IMG/VR virus record: IMGVR_UViG_3300036791_001015 | From: an uncultured virus (IMG/VR IMGVR_UViG_3300036791_001015) | Lineage: Duplodnaviria; Heunggongvirae; Uroviricota; Caudoviricetes | DNA length: 54,642 nucleotides | Direction: 5' to 3' (one strand) | Shown here: positions 26,836 to 34,388 of the stretch, piece by piece | How positions within the stretch are numbered: position 1 is the first letter of the stretch | Layout: each line of letters begins with the position of its first letter | Translations under genes and position numbers: made by a program | Notes under the pieces: model-generated | What the model was told of the DNA's origin: nothing | Seen by the model: the letters and a program-made list of their open reading frames with translations, nothing else | The model's database searches: none

Positions 26836-27291
26836 ATGACGGGACACACGATGACGGAACCAGCCCAAATCCGGCAGTTCACGCTGGCCGGGCTTGCGAC
26901 GCTGACCCTCAAATCCCTGCGGACCGAAAAGCACTACACCTACAAGGTCAAGCAGGCGGTCGATCGGGAAACTGGCGAGGAGCAGGCGCTGTGGTTTGTC
27001 CACGTGCTGACCAACGGCGACGAATACAAATATGCTGGTATCATCGGCTCGACCGAGCAATTCAAGCTGACGCAGAAAAGCCGGTTCACCGAGGAGGCGG
27101 AATGCGTCAAGGCATGGCGGTATTTCTGGGCCGGTATCGTGGCCGGCGTCGTCAAGCCCGATCTGGAAATCCGGCATGAAGGCCGGTGCGGGCGGTGTGG
27201 TCGGGAATTGACCACGCCCGAAAGTGTTGATACTGGATTTGGGCCAGAATGCTCTGAAATTCTGGGCATCCCCTGGATGACGCGGTCATGA
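26836..27291 (+). CDS. DUF6011-like Zn-finger phage protein
   Basis: C-terminal HEGRCGRCGRELTTPESVDTGFGPEC. Confidence 0.8.
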   Translation: MTGHTMTEPAQIRQFTLAGLATLTLKSLRTEKHYTYKVKQAVDRETGEEQALWFVHVLTNGDEYKYAGIIGSTEQFKLTQKSRFTEEAECVKAWRYFWAGIVAGVVKPDLEIRHEGRCGRCGRELTTPESVDTGFGPECSEILGIPWMTRS

Positions 27292-27515
27292 CCGAGGAAG
27301 AATTAAGGATCGAGCAAATGTCTGCGGACATCGAAAACAAGCGCGTTGACACCGAATACAAACGCGGCCTTATGCAGTTCGAACCGTGGAAAATCGTCAT
27401 TACGGCAGTTGCCGCTGGTGGAATACTAGGTGGAGCTATCGTCGGCGCATTCAGCTATGTCGGGCGACAGCCCCCGGCACCGATCATCATTCAGCTACCG
27501 CCACCGAGGACCTGA
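27288..27515 (+). CDS. Coiled-coil plus C-terminal TM protein (paralog C)
   Basis: ADIE, QFEPW, then a hydrophobic helix. Confidence 0.75.
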   Translation: MTEEELRIEQMSADIENKRVDTEYKRGLMQFEPWKIVITAVAAGGILGGAIVGAFSYVGRQPPAPIIIQLPPPRT

Positions 27516-27805
27516 TGGCCCAAACGCAAATACGACGCCTCGACCATCTCGCGCGGGATACCGGCTACCGGTTTACCGATGGCCGCGATCCCATACTGGA
27601 ACTGGTCTCGCGCCTGATCACCGATAGCGGCTTTTCATTGAACGCGATCGAGAGCCGCTGCGGCGTCTGCGCCAACACAATGCGATCGTGGCAGAATGGC
27701 AAGACCAAGAAGCCGCAAAACGCCACAGTCGAGATGGTCCTGCGCACGCTGGGCTACCGCCGCGCGATCATCGGCCCAAACGGAAAGGAATACCGATGGC
27801 CATAA
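27515..27805 (+). CDS. HTH regulator
   Basis: SLNAIESRCGVCANTMRSWQNGKTKKPQNATV. Confidence 0.8.
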   Translation: MAQTQIRRLDHLARDTGYRFTDGRDPILELVSRLITDSGFSLNAIESRCGVCANTMRSWQNGKTKKPQNATVEMVLRTLGYRRAIIGPNGKEYRWP

Positions 27806-28320
27806 CACTGGAGCAGCTAGTCGAGAGCGGCATCAACCACGCGAAGCACATCCTCTTGGAGCAGCGCGAGAAGCAGTTGCAGGCGCTCTACACACTGATC
27901 ACCGACCAGAACGAGCTAATCCTGCTACCTTGCACCTTTAGCAACGATTTCGAGAAGGACGTGACCGTTGCAGCCGTCAAGGCCACGGCGGCGCTCAGCA
28001 ACGCGGTGATGGCGCTCTATGTCAACGAAGGCTGGATGCTCAAGCTGCCCAAGGCGCTGACACCGTGGCACGCCGATCGGCAGATGGAGAATTTGCCGCG
28101 CCCATCGCAAAGCCCCGACCGGATCGAGGTGGTCCACGCGCTGGCGACGAACGGCACCACCACCTTGTCGCGCACTTTACAGATGGTGCGAAACAAGCCC
28201 GGTGGCAAATTAATGTCGCTCGTCCCCATGCCGGAACTATCATCTGACGAGGGGACTACCTATATAGGCAGGATGATCAGTGGTATTATCCCGCCGCGAA
28301 CAAAGGAAGCTATGCAATGA
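27796..28320 (+). CDS. Hypothetical protein
   Basis: AAGGA RBS; EGW...RPSQSPDRIEVV. Confidence 0.75.
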   Translation: MAITLEQLVESGINHAKHILLEQREKQLQALYTLITDQNELILLPCTFSNDFEKDVTVAAVKATAALSNAVMALYVNEGWMLKLPKALTPWHADRQMENLPRPSQSPDRIEVVHALATNGTTTLSRTLQMVRNKPGGKLMSLVPMPELSSDEGTTYIGRMISGIIPPRTKEAMQ

Positions 28321-28976
28321 CGAAAGAGACCAACAAAGACCTGTCCCAGCTAAGCCTCGCCGAGGAACTGTGGCTGTGGCGCGTCCGCCAGCCGGTCACA
28401 CAGCGCCCGAATAGCACCTATCACCGCGATGTGATGACCCGTGGGCAAGCCGCCAAAGCGCTGGGCATGAGCCTGGAACGCTATAAAAATCTGGAGGCCG
28501 GGCGTCGTATCAATATCGCGCTGGATGAATTGCCCAAGCTCGCCTTCCTGCGCGCATCGCGCGCCGACATCTCGCTACGCGAGCAGGCGTTCCTGGCGCG
28601 CCGTCGATCGGGCCTCTACATCCGCGAGATTTCCAAGCAGTTTGGCCTGTCGCATACGCGGATGCTGGCGCATGAGGATATGGCTTCACAGCGCCTGATC
28701 GATTTCTGGTCGGCTAAGGGCTACTTTGGCTGGAACCAGCCGATAAAGACCAAGCGCCCGGTTCTGGTACGCCACCAGCGCCCCATCCCTATCCCAGCCT
28801 CGGTCGAGGAGGATTTCATCGAGCAGGGGGCAGCTTCGCCTGCCCAAAAGCTGGTGGAAACGGCCCCGATGGCCCGTCCCCGCCCCATGCTGATGCGCCG
28901 TGGCGTGGTGATCAATCCGCCGCCGCTCCCGACGCCTGCTAGGCCTCAGTTACTGCGCCGACCAAACGCGGCATAG
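28317..28976 (+). CDS. Double-HTH protein with a Pro/Arg-rich tail
   Basis: TRGQAAKALGMSLERYKNLE; IREISKQFGLSH. Confidence 0.7.
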   Translation: MTKETNKDLSQLSLAEELWLWRVRQPVTQRPNSTYHRDVMTRGQAAKALGMSLERYKNLEAGRRINIALDELPKLAFLRASRADISLREQAFLARRRSGLYIREISKQFGLSHTRMLAHEDMASQRLIDFWSAKGYFGWNQPIKTKRPVLVRHQRPIPIPASVEEDFIEQGAASPAQKLVETAPMARPRPMLMRRGVVINPPPLPTPARPQLLRRPNAA

Positions 28977-29151
28977 AACGGCAGACCAGTTCCCTTACTG
29001 GCGAGTTCCCGTCGTGCTGTTTCCCGCCTTCCTCCGTCTCCACAAGCTGGGCTGGGGAAGGCATCCCCTTCTCATAGGAAGGGAAACCGTACACCGCGTG
29101 CAGCCCACTGGCCCCAAAGACGGGATGCAAGGCCACTAACCGGAGGAGAAT

Positions 29152-29691
29152 ATGGGCACCAAGGCAAACCCCGGCGAATTCGATTGTTATGACAGGGCAG
29201 ACGACGACGAGGAGATGTTCATCCTCATCGGGCGCGACCGGCACGCGGGGGCGCTGGTCCGTCTGTGGGCCGAGATGCGCGAGCGCGAAGGCGAGGACCC
29301 GTTGGTGGTCGATAACGCCCGCGAGATCGCCGATCGCATGGAAAAGCAGGCGCAGGCGATGGGCAAGCCGGTGATGAACATGGACAGCCTTGTGATGTTC
29401 GCTACCACGCTCAGAGCGGCCAAGGAGGCCGCTGTGGCGGCTCCTACGGCACCGGAAGCCGTCCCGACCGGTTATGGCCTCGCCGTGGGCGAGATCGTCA
29501 TGGTGGGCCACGGCGGGCCGGCCAGGCTCATCCGCATCTTCCCCGATGATGTCGATCCGACCGAGCTACGCGGTCATGTCAATGTGCAGTTCCCGCGCGC
29601 GACCGGCCCGGTGACGGTCGATGCCCAGCAGATACGCCGCGCGATGCCTGAGGAGGTGGAACAATATCGCCTCGCTGGAGGACGCCTATGA
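29152..29691 (+). CDS. Conserved phage hypothetical protein
   Basis: GGAGGAG RBS; MGTKANPGEFDCY...MFILIGRD..A..LVRLWA. Confidence 0.8.
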   Translation: MGTKANPGEFDCYDRADDDEEMFILIGRDRHAGALVRLWAEMREREGEDPLVVDNAREIADRMEKQAQAMGKPVMNMDSLVMFATTLRAAKEAAVAAPTAPEAVPTGYGLAVGEIVMVGHGGPARLIRIFPDDVDPTELRGHVNVQFPRATGPVTVDAQQIRRAMPEEVEQYRLAGGRL

Positions 29692-29779
29692 ACGGCGATA
29701 GCATCATGCTGATCGGGCTGGCCTTTGTTCCAGCCCTGCTGGGCCTCTTTGTGCTGGGCATCGTAATGGCGTGGCAGTA

Positions 29780-29989
29780 ATGGACAACGACGACGCCAAG
29801 CACGTGATCCTCTCCGTGCGGCGCATGGTGCTGGAAGGCTATCCCTATCCCGCCGGATCGACGCTCGATGCCCGCTACGCGATGGCCTTTGGGCTGATCG
29901 CGGGCCTCTGCACCGAGACGATCCAGGCAATCCAGCAAAACCGCCCGATCCGGCTCAATTTCGCGGCGGGCACGGCGGATGATGATTAA
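29780..29989 (+). CDS. Hypothetical protein
   Basis: TAATG coupling to a 30-aa hydrophobic ORF at 29688-29780. Confidence 0.55.
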   Translation: MDNDDAKHVILSVRRMVLEGYPYPAGSTLDARYAMAFGLIAGLCTETIQAIQQNRPIRLNFAAGTADDD

Positions 29990-30209
29990 GCGTCCCTGCT
30001 ATTACCGCCTATCGCTAAAGCCGCCGCGTGGCTTTTATAAGCGGGAGGAACGCTGTTTTTGTCCGTGCGAGCTATGTCAACTAGCCTACGGCAGACTGCT
30101 CTACAACCGCTTTAGAGGCGGGCCAGCCCTCAATCTCGGCATCCGGTGGCAAGGCCCGCGACGTTGGAGAGAACATTGTATTTGAACGGGAGATAAGACC
30201 ATTTTTTTG

Positions 30210-31208
30210 ATGGACACCATAGCGGACGCCGCGATGCTGGTCCGTGACAGCAAGATAGCAAACGAGCCGCTCCTCAAAATCTTTCCGGTGATGGACCGCA
30301 AGCTAAAGGGGACGCCGCGCTATCTCCTCGATGAGCACGCGATCCACACCGCCGTCGAATTGACGCTGGGACGCCCCAAGGTGCTGCTGGAGGCGATGCG
30401 CCATCTGCGTGTGCCTTATCCGCGTATCTGGGTGGAATGGCCGGAAAGCGGGCGCGCCAAGCTGCGCGAGACCTTTGGCGATCAAGGCTATGTCGGTCCC
30501 GATCGCCCGCTGCCCAAGCGGCTGGGCTTTTTCTTGGAATGCACCGATGACAGCGGGCGCAGGGGGCAGGTCACGTGGGCCTGGACATCACCCGAGCACG
30601 AAGTAATGAGCGGCAATTTTCCCAATATTGGAGCGATCTCGCCGTTCTTTGATCTCAACGCGCGGCTAGACCAGCCGGCGGAGCGGATCGAGGGCTTTCT
30701 GCGCGGCAATCTCGCCCGCATGTGGAAAGACAATCCCATTCAACTCGAAGCGCTCTTTGACATCTGGCGCACCGCCCAGCACGGCCCCAGCGAATGGGGC
30801 TTCGAATACTGTTCGATCTTGGAACAGCAAGGCGTCCTCAAACAGCATTTGCCGATGATGTGGGCCGATGTCTATGGCGAATATATTATTATCTGGAGCA
30901 TTTTATTACTCTTAACTGCCAGCAGACCCACTATCGAATATCATGAAGTCAATCGTTCGCGGATCAATAAGCTGCGGGCAAAGCGCAAACAATCGCTATT
31001 ATGGGATCATACTGAAGTCACCATGCGGCTAGGACAACAACACACCACAGGACAGCGCCGTCAACCGCTAGGCTACCAAAGAAAAAGTCCAAGAATTCAC
31101 GTCGTAGCCTCGTATTTGAACAGGCGAGGGGACAAACATTGGATTACGACGCCGTTCCTCCGAGGCAGTGGTGACATCATCCATAGGCAGATCAATGTCA
31201 AAGGCTAG
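30210..31208 (+). CDS. Hypothetical phage protein, with an apparently replaced 3' end
   Basis: 332 aa; C-terminal SPRIH..Y.RR...W...F.RG motif; codon usage shifts after ~30880. Confidence 0.8.
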   Translation: MDTIADAAMLVRDSKIANEPLLKIFPVMDRKLKGTPRYLLDEHAIHTAVELTLGRPKVLLEAMRHLRVPYPRIWVEWPESGRAKLRETFGDQGYVGPDRPLPKRLGFFLECTDDSGRRGQVTWAWTSPEHEVMSGNFPNIGAISPFFDLNARLDQPAERIEGFLRGNLARMWKDNPIQLEALFDIWRTAQHGPSEWGFEYCSILEQQGVLKQHLPMMWADVYGEYIIIWSILLLLTASRPTIEYHEVNRSRINKLRAKRKQSLLWDHTEVTMRLGQQHTTGQRRQPLGYQRKSPRIHVVASYLNRRGDKHWITTPFLRGSGDIIHRQINVKG

Positions 31209-31731
31209 GCCAAGCCGTGAGGCGGTTGCCGAATATCTCGCCTACGATCCTGCGACTGGCATCTTTCGCTGGAAGAAACGGAGCGGTAACAGTAAGGCCG
31301 GGACCATCGCAGGCACCTTAGGAAAGAGATCGCCCGGCGATAGAACCGGACGCCGACGCATTAATATCCTTGGGGGCAGATATCCCGCCGCAAATATCGC
31401 ATGGCTGTTGATGACAGGAGCATGGCCCGAGGATCGGATCGATCACCGTAACAACGACGGCACCGATGACCGATGGATCAATCTGCGCGAGGCAACCCAA
31501 GCGCAGAACATGATGAACCAGAGCGTTCGATCAGATAGCCCTACCGGCTTCAAGGGTATCCGCTTCTACAAGCGCAACTTACGCAAGCCTTGGGCCGCTC
31601 ATATCAGCGGGAAGCATCTCGGCTATTTCGCCACTGCCGAGGACGCTGCCATTGCCTATGACGCAGCGGCGATCGAGACCTACGGCGAATTCGCATATCT
31701 GAATTTTCCCGCAGAGGAACCCACCCGTTGA
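31195..31731 (+). CDS. HNH homing endonuclease with an AP2 DNA-binding domain
   Basis: LAYDPATGIFRW; IDHRNNDGTDDRWINLREAT..QN; GFKG...WAAHI...LGYF.TAEDAAIAYD.AA...GEFA. Confidence 0.92.
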   Translation: MSKARPSREAVAEYLAYDPATGIFRWKKRSGNSKAGTIAGTLGKRSPGDRTGRRRINILGGRYPAANIAWLLMTGAWPEDRIDHRNNDGTDDRWINLREATQAQNMMNQSVRSDSPTGFKGIRFYKRNLRKPWAAHISGKHLGYFATAEDAAIAYDAAAIETYGEFAYLNFPAEEPTR

Positions 31732-31734
31732 CAG

Positions 31735-31782
31735 CGTGGCAGCGGTGATATTATTCATCGGCAGATCAATGTGCGGGCTTGA
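31735..31782 (+). pseudogene. Stranded duplicate of the last 16 codons of gene 30210-31208
   Basis: Encodes RGSGDIIHRQINVRA* versus RGSGDIIHRQINVKG* at 31161-31208. Confidence 0.85.
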
Positions 31783-31806
31783 AATTTGGTTCAGTTCGTT
31801 CTATAT
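31778..31806 (+). promoter_or_regulatory. Sigma70-type promoter
   Basis: CTTGAA-N17-CTATAT. Confidence 0.8.
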
Positions 31807-31832
31807 GCCTGCCACGCATAGGAGAACGCGAA

Positions 31833-32087
31833 ATGGCAGGCAACATGGCCACCAAAGAGCAAACCGAAATCCATCGGCGCGAGCAGCTCGAGCGTGACCG
31901 CGAAAATCTGCGCGACGCGCTGCTGATCGAGATGGCAAAGGCACTATCGATCATCGGCCAGTGTACGGCGGCGATCCAACCCACGCACGGTGATCTTCGC
32001 GTGAGCCTGGACACGAACCGGACACGTCTGGCGCAACTGAGCACGGCGCTCCACGCGGCCCGTCACATCAACCCGCAACCCGTATGA
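31833..32087 (+). CDS. Hypothetical protein
   Basis: AGGAG RBS. Confidence 0.65.
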   Translation: MAGNMATKEQTEIHRREQLERDRENLRDALLIEMAKALSIIGQCTAAIQPTHGDLRVSLDTNRTRLAQLSTALHAARHINPQPV

Positions 32088-32112
32088 ACAGCGACTGGCC
32101 AAAATATCCGCC

Positions 32113-32418
32113 ATGACTGATCCAATCGACATAGTTGGCCCGCTGCTGCGGTCTATCCAAGCCGATCTGCGGGAACTGAAATTTACCGCAGAAGTCGATC
32201 GCAAAAACGCGCGATCGAGCTTCGATCATCTTGTTAGCGAAGTGGGTGCGACGCTTGGCCTTTTTGAGGCAAAGCTGACCCATCAGCTTGGCGAAATGAA
32301 CGCCCGCCTTGACCAGCTTACTGGCCAATTCGATCAATCACGTGCGGAAGTCAATGTGCAACTGGAGGCGCTCCGGACACAGCTTGATCGCATCGAGCAG
32401 GCCGTGACCAAGCCGTGA
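32113..32418 (+). CDS. Coiled-coil protein
   Basis: Heptad-rich, 101 aa. Confidence 0.7.
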   Translation: MTDPIDIVGPLLRSIQADLRELKFTAEVDRKNARSSFDHLVSEVGATLGLFEAKLTHQLGEMNARLDQLTGQFDQSRAEVNVQLEALRTQLDRIEQAVTKP

Positions 32419-32636
32419 TCTATTCCGGTGGGGAAATCCGTATGAACAGCGCCGAATGGCCCAAGCTCGATCAGGGCACGCCAGTCGGCTACCGGCTGAT
32501 CGTCGTCAATATCGCTGATCACCGCTATGGCGCAGAAGCCAAGGCCGAGACGATGCAGCCGCTGCTCGAACTAAACGAGCAGTTCGCGGAACTGGGGTAT
32601 GAATTTGTGAAGCTCGAAAGGATTTTCGGATCATGA
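32415..32636 (+). CDS. Hypothetical protein
   Basis: GTGA coupling. Confidence 0.55.
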   Translation: MIYSGGEIRMNSAEWPKLDQGTPVGYRLIVVNIADHRYGAEAKAETMQPLLELNEQFAELGYEFVKLERIFGS

Positions 32637-32851
32637 CGATCTACCGCTACCATTATATTCCATCAAAGCCGGTTACCTTCCAGGCTTTGGGCGATATCCG
32701 CTGGAAGTATCTGGAAGCTCCGCCCGCGATGGCCGAGAACATGGCCGGGTGCCCGGTCAGCAAACACGAACACGGCGTCATCGCAACCGACCGCTACGTG
32801 CTGCAATCGATGCTGGAGGCCGCTGGTCTGACGCCGGTCAAATCGGCATGA
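32633..32851 (+). CDS. Hypothetical protein
   Basis: ATGA coupling. Confidence 0.6.
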   Translation: MTIYRYHYIPSKPVTFQALGDIRWKYLEAPPAMAENMAGCPVSKHEHGVIATDRYVLQSMLEAAGLTPVKSA

Positions 32852-33162
32852 CCAGCTACCCGCTCGTCATCCCCTCGCTGCGCTTTGCCGGTCTCTTGTC
32901 CACATGGGCGGCGGAAGCCGATATCACGATCGAACACAGCCGCGCCGTGGCCCCCAAGCCGGGAAAGGGCCAACCGGTGATCATGGTGTTCCGCACGGTC
33001 GCCGATCGCACAGCGCTGCTGGCGGTCGCCCGCGATAAGATCGAGGCGATCCGCACCGCACGCTGCGGCCCTCCCGGTAAATCCGGCGGGCGCAAAAGCC
33101 ATCCGGTCGCGCTCGACAATATCGCCAACCAGCTTGAAGCCGAATATCGGCTGATTTCGTGA
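32848..33162 (+). CDS. Hypothetical protein
   Basis: ATGA coupling. Confidence 0.6.
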   Translation: MTSYPLVIPSLRFAGLLSTWAAEADITIEHSRAVAPKPGKGQPVIMVFRTVADRTALLAVARDKIEAIRTARCGPPGKSGGRKSHPVALDNIANQLEAEYRLIS

Positions 33163-33169
33163 GGACGCC

Positions 33170-33394
33170 ATGACGCTCAAAGATATGGAAGATTTGTGGG
33201 AGCTTGGCCGCACCATCCATGAGGCACGGCTCAAGCTGGCATGGGGCGCTGCCGCCGCGACCAGAGAACCGTGGCCAGAATTTACGTCGGCCTATTCGCA
33301 CAACCCGATCGCCTATGTCGATCTGGCGCTGGCCAGCGCAGCGGCAGTCCGCGACCGGTTCAACGTGACGCCCAAAGAAACAACCGAGGCATAG
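33170..33394 (+). CDS. Hypothetical protein
   Basis: GAGG RBS; last gene of the rightward block. Confidence 0.65.
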   Translation: MTLKDMEDLWELGRTIHEARLKLAWGAAAATREPWPEFTSAYSHNPIAYVDLALASAAAVRDRFNVTPKETTEA

Positions 33395-33500
33395 CCGAGG
33401 CCGCAGCCGGAAGCGGTGCAAGGCTAGGGGGCTGGTCAGTGGAGGGGGATTTAGGACGCGACGGCGACCTCCCTGAGGAAGCGGGCCAGCCCCCGGCGCT

Positions 33501-33928
33501 TCGACAATTTTAATCGGCGGTATCGGCGGCGACTTAATTTGTCGAGGGAGGTAGCAGTGTCGGAAAAGGAACCGGACGAACAGAAGCCTACACCGGAAGA
33601 GAGGGGCGAGGCGGAGTTCAAAGCCCAAATGCGGCACAAAAAAGCGCAGCGCAGGCCGCGTCCGGTAGACCCAAGCTAGAGGGTCGGCGGTGCGGTTGAT
33701 GCCACCAACCGCACTTTTAATCCGACAATTTTAATCGGCGGTAATTGGCGGCGGTTTAAACCGCCTTTATCCAAATATTTCAATGACTTAAAATTCGCCG
33801 CCAAAAAATCAGTTTGGCGGATAACTGCCGCCGGTTTTCCGCCATCAGCAATTTCAACGGCTTAAAACTGAACGTAGCCGGCCAATTTGGAAATAGTTAG
33901 CGAAAGTGGCGGACTGGGTGGCGGACTG
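33501..33928. repeat. Non-coding repeat cluster (origin/terminus-like)
   Basis: 21-nt direct repeat at 33502 and 33723; ATTTCAAYGRCTTAAAA at 33777 and 33851; GTGGCGGACTG at 33906 and 33918; many GGCGG/CCGCC. Confidence 0.75.
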
Positions 33929-34036
33929 AAAGAAGCCCCCCCAGGGCCTCCAGACGCGCAAAAGGCCACAAGACCGGTCCTTGGACCAATCTGTGGCCTT
34001 TCGTTTACCAGCGGCCCGCAGACGCTGGCGCTGGGC

Positions 34037-34360
34037 TTATCTGGGCAGCGGGCTATTCGGCGGCGACGAGGCGGGCACGGAACCGGCTGGCTCGACACCT
34101 CCGGAATGATGGTGCGACACGTGGCGGCGCAAGGACGCTGGGCGCACGTTGTGGTGATAATAGGAATGCCGATGCGCGTAATAGTGAGAGCGCCCGTGAT
34201 GGCGATGCCCGTAGAGCACAGGGGGCGGTGGCGGTGGCGGGGGAGCCTCAAAGACCTGCGGTGGCGGTGCGGGCGGGATCACCGCCACGGCCTGCGGCTC
34301 CGGACGCGAGCACGCCGCCAGCGCAGCGCAGGCAGCAGCCAGAACAATCAGACGGCGCAT
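34037..34360 (-). CDS. Pro/His-rich lipoprotein
   Basis: AGGAGG RBS; signal peptide with lipobox LAAC. Confidence 0.7.
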   Translation of the reverse strand: MRRLIVLAAACAALAACSRPEPQAVAVIPPAPPPQVFEAPPPPPPPPVLYGHRHHGRSHYYAHRHSYYHHNVRPASLRRHVSHHHSGGVEPAGSVPASSPPNSPLPR

Positions 34361-34388
34361 TGGTTTCCTCCTGTGGTAGGTTTCCATT

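Noticed and set aside
28977..29150. Cobalamin riboswitch
   Set aside because: GGGAAGGC is present, but the conserved CCCGCAACTGT and B12-box order is absent on both strands
31161..31782. DGR template/variable repeat pair, or group I intron
   Set aside because: Differences are synonymous and not adenine-specific; no reverse transcriptase; the upstream gene is already complete and no intron core is visible
33500..33870. CtrA boxes (TTAA-N7-TTAA)
   Set aside because: TTAA half-sites are present but not at 7-nt spacing
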